The translations under genes were made by a program, and so were the position numbers. 64,000 nt of DNA, taken from a virus. Lineage: Duplodnaviria > Caudoviricetes. Shown here one piece after another: positions 1-10,443 of the stretch (its first letter is position 1; each line of letters opens with the position of its first letter). Location: the IMG/VR virus record IMGVR_UViG_3300020048_000076, positions 25,712-89,711 of that record. One strand, written 5' to 3'. The notes under the pieces were generated by a model. The model searched no databases. It saw only the letters and a list, made by a program, of their open reading frames with translations, and had not been told where the DNA came from.

Positions 1-423
1 ACCTATACTAGAACTGTTGCCGGTGCAACAACTGCTACTTGGTCAATCTCTCCTCCAATAGGTTGCACTCAATTTCGTGTTGCTGGCATTAGTGCTTCTG
101 TAACAACTGCTTTTGTTGGTACATCTACTCCTGCTAAACTAGGTGTTGGTGTTGCTGGTAACGTAAACGTAGCTGGTTTTATTGACTTTGGTACTGCTGC
201 GGTACCTGCTGCTGTTAACACAGCGGTCGGTTTTAGCAGCCAATACGTCAGAGGCACAAACCCTGTTTACGGTACAGTTAATTTAACTGGTACATCTAAT
301 ACTATTTCTGGAACACCTACCATTCCTGAGGTAGTTGGCCCAGCTTTGATCACTTTAACAGCTTCTACTGGTGGTTCTCCAGCTGGCGCAGCTACTGTTG
401 ATATTACTTTAGACTGGTTCTAA
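1..423 (+). CDS. 5'-truncated virion protein, possibly head decoration/minor capsid protein
   Basis: Frame 1 open from base 1 to TAA at 421-423 (TYTRTVAG...ITLDWF); Gly/Ala/Thr/Val-rich; precedes small head-associated genes. Absent from the ORF track because it has no start in the window. Confidence 0.5.
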   Translation, partial: TYTRTVAGATTATWSISPPIGCTQFRVAGISASVTTAFVGTSTPAKLGVGVAGNVNVAGFIDFGTAAVPAAVNTAVGFSSQYVRGTNPVYGTVNLTGTSNTISGTPTIPEVVGPALITLTASTGGSPAGAATVDITLDWF

Positions 424-456
424 TACAAACAACATAAAATCTTTAAGGAGATTAAC

Positions 457-678
457 ATGGCAGATTATAATGCAGATGACAGCAACAAAATGGCTGTTAA
501 CACAAGCTTTCCTAAATCAGGCTTATCAGCTGGTGTAACTGATGGTTTATCTATGGTGGAATCACTTCCACGCGGTAACGTTGAAGCAGAACAAAAAACT
601 TCTGGTTCTATTTTCCGTCAAGATAAAGTAACTGAATCAGTATCAGGTAACGGCAAAAACTTTAACTTTTTACGTTAA
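457..678 (+). CDS. hypothetical protein (virion cluster)
   Basis: 73 aa ORF with strong AAGGAG RBS. Confidence 0.7.
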   Translation: MADYNADDSNKMAVNTSFPKSGLSAGVTDGLSMVESLPRGNVEAEQKTSGSIFRQDKVTESVSGNGKNFNFLR

Positions 679-680
679 TT

Positions 681-923
681 ATGATTACCATTCAAGCAAA
701 TGTTGTCTTGAATGGTCTTGATGCCGGTGATTACAATGATCCGGCTAAAGACCCTGTTCAGACAGGTTTTATAGACGAAGGTTCGGCATGTGCTAAAACA
801 GGTACCGCTTGGGCAGATACAAGCTATGGAACTGAATATGGGCATGGTAAACGTTTCGATTATGAAGAAACACCAAGTATGACTAAAATACCAGGAAGGA
901 ATACTCCAGATGTCGCTCGATAG
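681..923 (+). CDS. hypothetical protein (virion cluster)
   Basis: 80 aa ORF tightly packed between neighbours. Confidence 0.6.
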   Translation: MITIQANVVLNGLDAGDYNDPAKDPVQTGFIDEGSACAKTGTAWADTSYGTEYGHGKRFDYEETPSMTKIPGRNTPDVAR

Positions 924-1128
924 ATCAAGACCTTATTCAGAAATCGACCCTATTAATGCACCTATTGCCTATATGCAAGATGGTGAAAAGTTCGATAAAA
1001 ACGGTGAATCTTTAGAAGAACCTAAAGTTAAAGCCCCTACTTCTACAAAAGCACCAGTATCTGCTAAAATAGCGGCTTCTGCCAAAGTAGAAGAACCTTC
1101 TGTAGAAATAGCGGAAGATATAGCTTAA
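910..1128 (+). CDS. hypothetical virion-associated protein
   Basis: LDRSRPY...QDGEKFDKNG motif typical of small post-capsid phage genes; AGGAAG upstream. Confidence 0.6.
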   Translation: MSLDRSRPYSEIDPINAPIAYMQDGEKFDKNGESLEEPKVKAPTSTKAPVSAKIAASAKVEEPSVEIAEDIA

Positions 1129-1178
1129 ACACCTACCTGATGTAAAAAATCAGGCCAAACAGTTAGGACACCGATAAC

Positions 1179-1874
1179 ATGCTAACGCTTGCAGACCTGC
1201 TCCGCAGAACTAGATCACGCTTAGACGATTCGGTGGCTCCTTACCTATGGTCAGATTCAGAGTTAATAGACTGTATTAACGATACGATAGCGGATGCCGC
1301 TATACGTGCAAATTTATCAGTACAAGATGATGTCCCTATCGTCTTTACACAAAACGTAGATTTAACATGGAAAGCCAAATACGCATTGCCCAGCAATGCG
1401 CTTTCAGTTAAAAGCGTTTATCTAGCCTCACAACCTCAATATCCTCTTATTCGTACCAGTTTTAGCAGCATCCAGAGAAATACTAACAGTATTCCTACGC
1501 AATTAGGCTCTCCTTATGCCTATGCACTTGATCAAACTAAAGCCGGTTTAAACGAGTTTACAGGGATGTTTGTTAGGGCTATTACGTTTATCGGTACGCC
1601 TACAGTAGCTGATACGGCAATGCTCAGTATTGTCCGTTTACCTAGTTTATTAGAAGGTGATGATGATATTCCAGAAATCGATGAGTTATTTCAACCTGAT
1701 TTAATCTACGGAATAACCGGATTAGCATATTTAAAAAGAGATACCGATACGTTTGACCCTAAAAGATCACAACGAGATTTACAAGTTTTTTCTGATCGTT
1801 TCGGAGAAAGACTTCCTGCGGTAGTAATAAGAGAACGTCAAACTGATGTTCCTATTGAAATGATACTATACTAA
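1179..1874 (+). CDS. head-tail adaptor / tail tubular protein A-like
   Basis: N-terminal LxDLLRRTRSRLDD...WSDSELIDCIND helix pattern and C-terminal YLKRD motif; position after head genes. Confidence 0.65.
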   Translation: MLTLADLLRRTRSRLDDSVAPYLWSDSELIDCINDTIADAAIRANLSVQDDVPIVFTQNVDLTWKAKYALPSNALSVKSVYLASQPQYPLIRTSFSSIQRNTNSIPTQLGSPYAYALDQTKAGLNEFTGMFVRAITFIGTPTVADTAMLSIVRLPSLLEGDDDIPEIDELFQPDLIYGITGLAYLKRDTDTFDPKRSQRDLQVFSDRFGERLPAVVIRERQTDVPIEMILY

Positions 1875-1905
1875 CAGTATCTAAAACAAAATTTACGGAA
1901 ACCTA

Positions 1906-2262
1906 ATGGAACATTTAATATCGCTTTTATTCTTTGCGCGTGACATAGCACACAGAGAACACCTAAAAACAAAATCTTATGCACAACACATGGCTTTAAA
2001 TGGTTTTTACAGCGTTATTGTGGATAATGCAGACGCTATAGCTGAAGCGTATCAAGGTAAATACGGTCTATTAACTAACATGGCCATACTTGGACATAGT
2101 GGTGATATGCCGATAGTAGATGAATTAACCAGTCATTTAGAATGGATTAAAGAAAACCGCTATAAAGTATGTTCAAAAGACCATACGGCGATTCAAAACT
2201 TAATTGACGTTGTGGAAGAAACATACCTTTCAACTTTGTATAAATTGCGGTTTTTAAGTTAA
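1906..2262 (+). CDS. DUF5856-like ferritin-fold four-helix protein
   Basis: AHREHLKTKSYAQHMALNGFY...DAIAEAYQGKYG...IQNLID...STLYKLRFL pattern. Confidence 0.65.
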   Translation: MEHLISLLFFARDIAHREHLKTKSYAQHMALNGFYSVIVDNADAIAEAYQGKYGLLTNMAILGHSGDMPIVDELTSHLEWIKENRYKVCSKDHTAIQNLIDVVEETYLSTLYKLRFLS

Positions 2263-2289
2263 AATATTGCAAGGGCAAAAGGTGTTACT

Positions 2290-2568
2290 ATGTCACAATA
2301 TATGGAATGCGAAAGCAATAAAGGGTGTGTAGTAATGGCAGATATGAACTGTAGAATAGCCAAAGTTGAACAACGACTAGATAGTTTATGTCGAGAACTT
2401 AACGACGATAAAGAAGAAAGCCGTAGGCAATCAGATAGGATATTTGATGCTTTAGATCAGTTAAAAAAAGAAGGGGAGAAACATAAAGGCTTTTTTGGCG
2501 GTATTGTATTTACAGTAGGTGCTGTATTTGCAGCCTTTGTGTATTTCTTTGGAGATAAAGTTCATTGA
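2290..2568 (+). CDS. coiled-coil plus C-terminal TM protein (holin/XhlA-like)
   Basis: RIAKVEQRLD coiled coil then hydrophobic GGIVFTVGAVFAAFVYFF. Confidence 0.5.
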   Translation: MSQYMECESNKGCVVMADMNCRIAKVEQRLDSLCRELNDDKEESRRQSDRIFDALDQLKKEGEKHKGFFGGIVFTVGAVFAAFVYFFGDKVH

Positions 2569-2635
2569 CATTAGCACGTATAAATAGTATTTATATACGT
2601 TAAATATCCTATTCACCCGATAAGAGGGTTTCAAA

Positions 2636-3736
2636 ATGTTGGTATCAAAGTTTCTCGGTATTAGAAACACCGAACCTATTAGATCGATACCAAACAACGC
2701 TTGTTCTGAAGCCGTTAACGTAGACATCTCTGTAGAAGGCGCTATTAGCCAACGTAACGGTTATTCTTTAGCCAAATCAATCCCTATATCAACTGCCTAT
2801 TCCACTTTTGATCAAACGGTTTATGTTATATCAAACGGTATTTTAAATAGGGTACAAGATGATTTGACTCTTATACCTATCTGCCCATCAACGGCAACAG
2901 AATTTACAGACTTCGGTGAAGTGCTCTTCACTAATGATGGTTTGAAAATTCAAAATGGTATCGCTACCAATATTAAAATACCAAGTCCCACTATACCCCC
3001 AAATTTAAGCGTTATAAGCGGAAACCGTTTTGCCGGCACATACAGTGTTTGTTATACGTATCGTTCAGTTGACGGCATGGAGGGCGGTTCTTCCCCTATA
3101 GCTTCTATAGAACTAACATCAACGGGTAGTTTTTACATCGATCCTATTAATGCCCCTGCTGGTTTTACGGTAGTGGTTTATATTACTGATGTAGACGGGG
3201 CGGTGTATTACAATTATGAAGGTATTCAATTAGCCCAATATCAAACGCTATCACAACCGTTTCCAGATAAAGTAAAGCAAATAGCTTTTCACGATAGTCG
3301 GTTATGGGTAAGCCAAGCGCAAAGTAACGGATCAACAGTAATTTGGTTTTCAGACCCCTATCTCTACCACATATACGATGCTATCAATGGGTATATTGTA
3401 GTACCAGGAGAAGTTCGCGGGATGATGTCTGCTAACGGTGGACTTATTATCGGTACAGATAGCGTAATTTACGTGTTTGATGGGGATGTACTCGCACCTT
3501 TGACAACCTATGGCGTTATATCAGGAAGACCATTTGCTAGAGGAACTGATAGAACGGTTTACATGCACACTGAATGGGGTGTTTGTAGAGCTTTACCTTT
3601 TGCCAATATATCTTCTGATAAAGCTTCATTTGCTCCGGGCGTTAAGTGCTCTACTGCTTTGGTTTATCAAAACGGGTTACAGAAATTTGTAGCTTTAACT
3701 GACGGGTCAGGCGTACCGTTTAACGCTCGATATTAA
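2636..3736 (+). CDS. tail nozzle / DNA-stabilisation protein (P22 gp10/T7 gp12-like, short)
   Basis: KFLGIRN...EAVNVDIS...G.ISQRNG N-terminus; WFSDPYLYH and IIGT beta-propeller motifs. Confidence 0.55.
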   Translation: MLVSKFLGIRNTEPIRSIPNNACSEAVNVDISVEGAISQRNGYSLAKSIPISTAYSTFDQTVYVISNGILNRVQDDLTLIPICPSTATEFTDFGEVLFTNDGLKIQNGIATNIKIPSPTIPPNLSVISGNRFAGTYSVCYTYRSVDGMEGGSSPIASIELTSTGSFYIDPINAPAGFTVVVYITDVDGAVYYNYEGIQLAQYQTLSQPFPDKVKQIAFHDSRLWVSQAQSNGSTVIWFSDPYLYHIYDAINGYIVVPGEVRGMMSANGGLIIGTDSVIYVFDGDVLAPLTTYGVISGRPFARGTDRTVYMHTEWGVCRALPFANISSDKASFAPGVKCSTALVYQNGLQKFVALTDGSGVPFNARY

Positions 3737-3759
3737 ATTTTAAACATTAAGGAAATAAA

Positions 3760-4212
3760 ATGATTTCATATTCAACTGGTCTTATCAATTCAATGATGGG
3801 TACAACATCACTGAAAGCTACACTGGCTAACGGCGTTATCCGCGTTTACTCAGGTGCTCAACCCGCTTCAGCTGATTCAGCAGCTACGGGTACTTTGCTA
3901 GGTACTGTTACATTAGCAGGTGCAGCCTTTACCGAAGGGACTGTTACTAACGGTTTGGAATTTGATGCACCAGTCGGTAAATCTATTTCTAAAGCAGTTG
4001 CTGAAGACTGGAAGTTTAAAGGTATAGCCGCAGGAACAATCGGCTACATGCGTTTTCAAGGTAATGCAGCTGATAATCAGTTAAGCAGTATTGTTTTACC
4101 AAGAATCGATATGTCGGTCGGCATTACATCCGGTGACGTTAGGTTATCTACGGTTACTTCAGCCGTAAACTCTATTATCACAATAGATACTTTTACTATT
4201 ACCGCAGCGTAA
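3760..4212 (+). CDS. small virion/fibre-anchor-like protein, paralog 1
   Basis: IRVYSGAQPASAD...GTLL motif shared with 4638..5075. Confidence 0.6.
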   Translation: MISYSTGLINSMMGTTSLKATLANGVIRVYSGAQPASADSAATGTLLGTVTLAGAAFTEGTVTNGLEFDAPVGKSISKAVAEDWKFKGIAAGTIGYMRFQGNAADNQLSSIVLPRIDMSVGITSGDVRLSTVTSAVNSIITIDTFTITAA

Positions 4213-4222
4213 GGATTAAAAA

Positions 4223-4627
4223 ATGTCATTCTCAAACTATTTAGAAAAAGCTTTACTAGATCATTTAAATCAAGGAACCGCTTATACCCCTACTACAAAA
4301 TTCGTAGCGTTATATAAAACTGACCCGCTTGATGCTGCGTCAGGAACAGAGGTAAGTTCTACTACGGACGATACTGCGTATGCAAGACAGCCGATTTCAT
4401 TTGGAGCCGCTACTTTAGGAACCGGTATCGCTTTATCTTCAAATGCTCAAACGTTTGCAGCTGTTGCTTTAGGATCGGCTGCCTACACTGTAGGTTGGAT
4501 CGGTATTTTTGATGCGTTAACAGGTGGAAATCTGCTTGAATCAACTGTTTTAGGCGCAAGCGTTTCAAGAACAGCCGGTAAAACTTTGGCGTTTGATGTA
4601 GGCGCTATTACTGTTGCATTAGATTAA
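4223..4627 (+). CDS. small phage tail-fibre-type protein, paralog 2
   Basis: SNYLEKALLDH...ALY...YARQ motif shared with 28350..28769. Confidence 0.6.
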   Translation: MSFSNYLEKALLDHLNQGTAYTPTTKFVALYKTDPLDAASGTEVSSTTDDTAYARQPISFGAATLGTGIALSSNAQTFAAVALGSAAYTVGWIGIFDALTGGNLLESTVLGASVSRTAGKTLAFDVGAITVALD

Positions 4628-4637
4628 GGACATTATC

Positions 4638-5075
4638 ATGGCACTGAAAGCATCAACAGCATTACGAAACAACATGTTGGTAACTGGTAGTTTAAAATCA
4701 CAATTAGATGGTGGTTTTATTAAAATATATTCAGGAACCGTACCTTCAGATGCTGATTCTTCTATTGGAGCAGCCCAACTTCTTTGCACTATATCCGTAG
4801 GAGGGGTTGGTACAGGGTTGTCGTTAGCGTCAGCGGCTACACTTGGGTCTATTTCAAAAGCTAATGAAGTATGGCAAGGAGTTAATGGAGCAACTGGACT
4901 TGCTACATTTTGGCGATTTGTGAAAACAGGCGATACTGGCGGAACTTCGACAACAGAAGTTCGTTTACAAGGTAATGCCGCTACATCAGGCTCTGAATTA
5001 GTAATGACTAGCGTAACTTTAGCTAATGGGGCCACGCAGACTATCGATTACTTCTCTGTATCATTACCTGCATAA
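4638..5075 (+). CDS. small virion/fibre-anchor-like protein, paralog 3
   Basis: IKIYSGTVPSDAD...ATFWR...RLQG motifs. Confidence 0.6.
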   Translation: MALKASTALRNNMLVTGSLKSQLDGGFIKIYSGTVPSDADSSIGAAQLLCTISVGGVGTGLSLASAATLGSISKANEVWQGVNGATGLATFWRFVKTGDTGGTSTTEVRLQGNAATSGSELVMTSVTLANGATQTIDYFSVSLPA

Positions 5076-5098
5076 CTAGATAAAAGGGGTAATATCAA

Positions 5099-6241
5099 GT
5101 GCCAACCGTCAACAGAATATATACTTTAGGCACTTATACAGGTGAAGGTAGCGCTGCCCTTATATCTACAAACAACGGTACTTCGTGGACAGAAGCTACC
5201 GAGTTAATAGACCATGATGCGAGTGCGATATGTTCTAACGGTACCGTATTCTGCGTAACCCCTTACGACTCTGATAGTGTCTTTACAACTACAGATGGGA
5301 ATACCGTCACCTACGGTACGTTACCATGGGGTGGTAATTGGAATAATATTGCATGGAATGGGTTGGTATTTCTAGCGATACTTAATGATACTGATGTATG
5401 TGCGACTTCAACTGACGGCATTACGTGGGAAGAGCAGTTACTTCCAGCAGAGTTAACGTGGAAAGGGCTGGTGTATGGTTCTGGCGTTTTTTGTGCATTC
5501 GGCTACGGCCTTGATCCTAATGGATTCGAGGTTCCCCTAACAACTACTTCACCAGACGGTATTACATGGACTGGGTTTATAGCAATGGAGTATCCGTTTG
5601 ATCCTTATCCTGTTAGTTTTACACCTACTAATACAAGGAATAACCAAGTACATACTTTAGTAACCGGAGGTGGGTATCTTGGTTTCTTAAGACCTAACGG
5701 GGAAGGGGGAAGGGTAGTGAGCTCAGTAGATTCGGGGGCGACATGGACTCAATCTAGCACTCGTTGGAATTACGCGGGTGTTGCTCAAATGGCGGTAATG
5801 AACGGATTAGATATCGTCTACGCAGGATCGTATGGTTTTAACCCCTTACTCCCGACTTATGATAGGGATAGTTGCTATTTCAGCAATCTTAAAAAATACA
5901 ATATAGAAAACGATACAGATTTTATAGATGCAGCTTACGATGTAACGTCGGCTTCAATAGTAGCTACGTGGGGGGGAGACCCTTCTAACACGGTATTCAG
6001 CGTCACTTATACTGGGACACATTACTTAGTAATTACACGTCTAGGACTCCTTCGATCCACTGATGGTTTAAATTGGGAAGCTATAGAATATGACGGCGTA
6101 AACCCTTATCCCGGAAATAGATTCGGTAACATCTATGCAGGTCAACGGATATTAACGGCTTCTTTAAATATCTCTGATGTAGTCCCGCCGACGCCAAGGT
6201 TCTGGAAAGATTTAGTTAACTCTACAGAAACTGACTCCTAA
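5099..6241 (+). CDS. BNR/Asp-box beta-propeller virion protein
   Basis: Repeated S-x-D-G-x-T-W motifs (STNNGTSW, STDGITW, SPDGITW, SVDSGATW, STDGLNW); GTG start. Confidence 0.7.
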   Translation: MPTVNRIYTLGTYTGEGSAALISTNNGTSWTEATELIDHDASAICSNGTVFCVTPYDSDSVFTTTDGNTVTYGTLPWGGNWNNIAWNGLVFLAILNDTDVCATSTDGITWEEQLLPAELTWKGLVYGSGVFCAFGYGLDPNGFEVPLTTTSPDGITWTGFIAMEYPFDPYPVSFTPTNTRNNQVHTLVTGGGYLGFLRPNGEGGRVVSSVDSGATWTQSSTRWNYAGVAQMAVMNGLDIVYAGSYGFNPLLPTYDRDSCYFSNLKKYNIENDTDFIDAAYDVTSASIVATWGGDPSNTVFSVTYTGTHYLVITRLGLLRSTDGLNWEAIEYDGVNPYPGNRFGNIYAGQRILTASLNISDVVPPTPRFWKDLVNSTETDS

Positions 6242-8019
6242 TGTCTAACACCATCATTATGGGTGACGTTGCTGAAGGCCAGAAGTGGTTTGGCGAAGCT
6301 GAGTTCTTGAAACAGCAGTTAGTTAGTATTTATAACCGTACTAACCAGAACATGAGCACTTGGAAGCAAGTTAATGCTGATGTAAAGATATTTGTAAAAA
6401 TGGTTAACGGAAACCCGCAAGCGTTTATATTTACAGACGGAGGCTACGAGTTCTTTGTACCGACAAGTTTAATATCTTTAGAAACGTACCTAACAAACGG
6501 GATTGGTTTTTATAACGGTGTAGAAACATATCCACATAAAGTATTAATAAATGATGTTGGATATGAAGGTGCTATTTTAAATACATGGTATTCGGAAAGT
6601 AATTACGTAGTTAATATCGCAGCTGCTAAATACAGAAACATATTTACCAGACTAGGGTCTACTTATTACTACACCTCTGTTGGACCTTTTAGTTTATATT
6701 CTAGCGGCACTTCACTCGTAGCTAAGGGAGCGGTAGTAGCATCAAGTTCAAGTGCTAGTTACGGAAGATATGTATGGAGCATACAACCGCCTGCATCGGG
6801 CGGTATTTGTTATTTTGTAGTTCAAGACACGCAAACCCCCTATTATGAAAAAATACCAATTAACGGCAACTGGGAAGCTGATGACTATACAAACAGCTCA
6901 GCCGCTATAGGGTATTGGACGTTTGATAGATCAGGACTTAGGGCTTGTACTACGGTTTGGGTACGAGACTTTAGCAGGTTTGGAGCGGCTGTTACAAACT
7001 CAACAACTCCGCACATAGGTAATTTTACTACATCATATGTTCTTGAGATTACTATATCCGTAGACGGGGAAGGGGTTTTTTCAGGTATTCAAGTATCTAG
7101 GCAAGTTGAGACTGATGATTTCTGTATAGCGGCTGATTACGATTGGACAACTGAAGCAAATGAGTTATTAGTCACTACGCTCTATGGGTTTGATTACCGA
7201 GTAGATAAAGCTAAACCCGCTACACAAGATGATATTGATAACTCAGTGTATCTTGGAGACGAGATAGGGGAGCATTACCGCACAGAGTATAATTCAGGAA
7301 CGGCTGTCCGGCCTAGGGGCGTATATAAACTTGATAGTACCTACGTCATTGAGGAAACCGGAGAGGTAAAAGCAAACTATCAAGATGTAACCAGTGAATC
7401 TAGTGCCATCGATATTTGGATGAAAATAAGTACACTAGAAGGAGCTTCAATACTAGCGGTAGAACTAGCTAGTAACATAGATGTATTTACAAAAACTTCT
7501 AGTGCAGGGACATGGTTTGAGAAATCAGGGGCTTCATTTGTTAATAATATATCAGGACTAGATTTAAGAATAAGGGGTATAACGGGTTATTCTGAAACCG
7601 GAGCGGTAGTTGCTTCAGCGTATGACCAAGATTGGGATAACGGTAGTACCCTAACAATGAGTGGTAAACAAATACCTACAGGTAAAGGTAATTTTTATGT
7701 ACCCGATACTTTATATAGCCGTATTAAAATAATGACAATACCGCAAACAATAGCGGCTATACCTTATTTAAAAACAACTACCAATGAAATAAAAAACCTA
7801 TGTATTTATGCTCCCTATATATCTAATGAATTAACCGGTAATGCTTCGGCAGAGTTAGCTATTGATTTTAGGATTGATATTAAAAACGATAGCAGTACTG
7901 AAACCGCTATTCAATACGGGTATCATCGTAAAGTATACGAGGCTATCTATGCAGAAACACCTTACTTAAATAGGTATTTTATAACCGGCGCTTGGGCTAA
8001 GAAGAAGGATAGGAAATGA
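6241..8019 (+). CDS. tail-associated structural protein
   Basis: 592 aa beta-rich ORF, TAATG-coupled to upstream gene. Confidence 0.5.
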   Translation: MSNTIIMGDVAEGQKWFGEAEFLKQQLVSIYNRTNQNMSTWKQVNADVKIFVKMVNGNPQAFIFTDGGYEFFVPTSLISLETYLTNGIGFYNGVETYPHKVLINDVGYEGAILNTWYSESNYVVNIAAAKYRNIFTRLGSTYYYTSVGPFSLYSSGTSLVAKGAVVASSSSASYGRYVWSIQPPASGGICYFVVQDTQTPYYEKIPINGNWEADDYTNSSAAIGYWTFDRSGLRACTTVWVRDFSRFGAAVTNSTTPHIGNFTTSYVLEITISVDGEGVFSGIQVSRQVETDDFCIAADYDWTTEANELLVTTLYGFDYRVDKAKPATQDDIDNSVYLGDEIGEHYRTEYNSGTAVRPRGVYKLDSTYVIEETGEVKANYQDVTSESSAIDIWMKISTLEGASILAVELASNIDVFTKTSSAGTWFEKSGASFVNNISGLDLRIRGITGYSETGAVVASAYDQDWDNGSTLTMSGKQIPTGKGNFYVPDTLYSRIKIMTIPQTIAAIPYLKTTTNEIKNLCIYAPYISNELTGNASAELAIDFRIDIKNDSSTETAIQYGYHRKVYEAIYAETPYLNRYFITGAWAKKKDRK

Positions 8020-10412
8020 GTAACATACTACAAAAACTATTTATTACAGGGTATACGTTAGTACCGGAACGGACTACCCGAAGGTGGAATCCGCCAGTTA
8101 CTAAAGTTCAGAGTATGCCATTCCCTCAAAACGCACCAATAAGCAATCTCGGAGGGGGAACCTTAACAACTCAAGTAGTATCGGCAGTAATAGATGCTGT
8201 AATACCCTATCAATGGATTGTAAATGTAGACGAAATTAACCCGCTCCATCCGTACACAAGTGTAATATTTGTTCCGGTAGATAAAACATGGTATGTAACC
8301 CTTGTACCGGAAGATGCGGGTTTACCGCCGCAATGGAACATATACTCGACAGGAAATGTAAATGTATCAATAGACTATGTATATGCGGGTAGAAACTACT
8401 ATACACTCCCTAATGATATACAGATATCTGTAACGACTTCAGGTTACTACAGCTATGAAGTACAGCCTGCCTATTATAAAATAGACTACAATCCTAATAA
8501 AGGATGGAACTCGTCGGCCCGTTCTATAGCATCTATCTCGGGAGATGGAACCGCTACTTTCAGTAGCAGGATAGATACGACCGGCGCGGTTATAGGGTTA
8601 AACGAACTCTATGATAGTTTGGGAAGCGACTATTTTGAAATATCTTATGGGATATTTTTTAAGAAGGGTGCCTATGCTATCGTCGAGCAAGGGACTCTAA
8701 AAACAGGTTGGAATTATTTTAATGTAGCTGATGTATTTTCTATCTCACGTGTAAACGACGACATATTTTATTTAAAAAATGGGGTTGTATTCTATAAATC
8801 TTTTATACCCTCCACCGACGAACTGCTGTTAGACTGCTCCCTCTATACGGCAGGTGACGTTATATACAACGCATCCTTAGTAAATGGTTCTAGTATCATA
8901 GCGAGCACTGCTAATATTACCGCAACCTCCTCAATATATGCACAGCCTAAAGCAACCGCCAACCTAACTGCGCAATCTACTACAGGCTTTACAGGCGTTT
9001 ATAGCATAGACAACGGTATATATGCGTTAGCTAACATCAATGCTGTATCAAATATTAAGGTAAATAAAGACTTTGGCGGGTATCCAGCCATAAGTTCTAC
9101 CTCTACTTTAACCGCTATAAGCCATTCTACTACAGGAATTAGTGCTTCTCTCAGCCCAATGACCGCTTCGTTAACTCAAGGGTATGAGTTCTTTGCCGAG
9201 ATAAAAGCATCATTTGAGCCTATGACTGCGCAAGCTGGTATTGGTGAACTAACTATAGAAAACACTTATATAGCTGGAGCTTTTGAAGGACTATCAGTAG
9301 ATGCGGTAGGATTATCAGGTGAGAATACCTTAGATACAGTCATGCCACTATCGAGCATGATTGCACTGGCATCTGACCACCCATATGCTGCTATCTCCGG
9401 TACCTTGGCTTCTATGAAGGGCTATGCAGGGGAGTATCAAGATTTTGGTAACTATGCTTTCTTACCTTTCATAACTTCTAGTATCTTAGCGAATGGTTTC
9501 TCTACTGAACTTAACGGCGCAGATTTAACCTTTATCGATTCAACTATAGAAGGTTTCGGCGGTGCTATAACCGATGAAGATGAGTTGAGTAACTTCGTTG
9601 ACTTTAGACTCAGCAGTACCGGAAGCCATCTGGATTATGGCAACGCCAACATTGCGTTCTCTACGTTTACCCTGTCCAGTACCGGTATAGGTTATGGTAC
9701 AAGCAACACTACTATCGGGTTCATAAGCTCTACAATTACCAGCTTCGGCGGTGCTAATTCAGAATTAACAGCACCTATATTTACCCTAGCTAGTACAGGA
9801 TCGTACATACCGTTAGGCGGTGCTACATTAGACTTCTTAACATGGGCAGTATCGAGTAGCGGTACGCTTGATGCTGTTGGCAATGCCACTATAGGGTTCC
9901 CCGTCTTTACAACTGTTTGGGGGAGTGCAGCATTACCAGCGCCGTTTTTAAATTTATCGGCAACCGGATCAACCGCAGTAGCAAATTCAGTAGCTTACGT
10001 GTTAAATATAGTGACTAATGAATCAACGCGGTATACTAACCAGAATTGGGATCATATTGTGGTGTTGGGTAACAAACCTTACGGTGTAACCTCAACAGGC
10101 TTGTATTTATTGGAAGGTGCTACCGATAATGGAGTAGCTATTGACACATACATGGCTACTAAAGAAACTGATTTAGGGTCTAACATGGCTAAATCGATAC
10201 CGACTATTTATTTAAACAGTGATACGTTAACTTATACAACAGCCTATATGGATGGTGTTGCACAAACACCTCAAGCAAGCTCTTTTACAGGTCGTAAATG
10301 TCATCTATCAAGAGGTGCTGAAGCCCGTTATGTTAAGTTAAAAATATCAGGTATAAAAAACCTGCAAGGATTAGAAATTCTTCCTGAGCTTAAATCAAGA
10401 AGAGTTAAATAA
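8016..10412 (+). CDS. tail-associated structural protein with ~21-aa Ser/Thr stalk repeats
   Basis: ATGA overlap; FxLSSTG repeats ~21 aa apart; C-terminal AYVLNIVTNESTRY...GLYLLEG domain. Confidence 0.55.
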   Translation: MSNILQKLFITGYTLVPERTTRRWNPPVTKVQSMPFPQNAPISNLGGGTLTTQVVSAVIDAVIPYQWIVNVDEINPLHPYTSVIFVPVDKTWYVTLVPEDAGLPPQWNIYSTGNVNVSIDYVYAGRNYYTLPNDIQISVTTSGYYSYEVQPAYYKIDYNPNKGWNSSARSIASISGDGTATFSSRIDTTGAVIGLNELYDSLGSDYFEISYGIFFKKGAYAIVEQGTLKTGWNYFNVADVFSISRVNDDIFYLKNGVVFYKSFIPSTDELLLDCSLYTAGDVIYNASLVNGSSIIASTANITATSSIYAQPKATANLTAQSTTGFTGVYSIDNGIYALANINAVSNIKVNKDFGGYPAISSTSTLTAISHSTTGISASLSPMTASLTQGYEFFAEIKASFEPMTAQAGIGELTIENTYIAGAFEGLSVDAVGLSGENTLDTVMPLSSMIALASDHPYAAISGTLASMKGYAGEYQDFGNYAFLPFITSSILANGFSTELNGADLTFIDSTIEGFGGAITDEDELSNFVDFRLSSTGSHLDYGNANIAFSTFTLSSTGIGYGTSNTTIGFISSTITSFGGANSELTAPIFTLASTGSYIPLGGATLDFLTWAVSSSGTLDAVGNATIGFPVFTTVWGSAALPAPFLNLSATGSTAVANSVAYVLNIVTNESTRYTNQNWDHIVVLGNKPYGVTSTGLYLLEGATDNGVAIDTYMATKETDLGSNMAKSIPTIYLNSDTLTYTTAYMDGVAQTPQASSFTGRKCHLSRGAEARYVKLKISGIKNLQGLEILPELKSRRVK

Positions 10413-10443
10413 GTTAATTTATCCGCATAGTCGGGAGTAAAAA

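Noticed and set aside
1136-1154. Terminator after 910..1128
   Set aside because: 6-bp stem CCTGAT/ATCAGG without a U-tract; at most a weak pause or processing site
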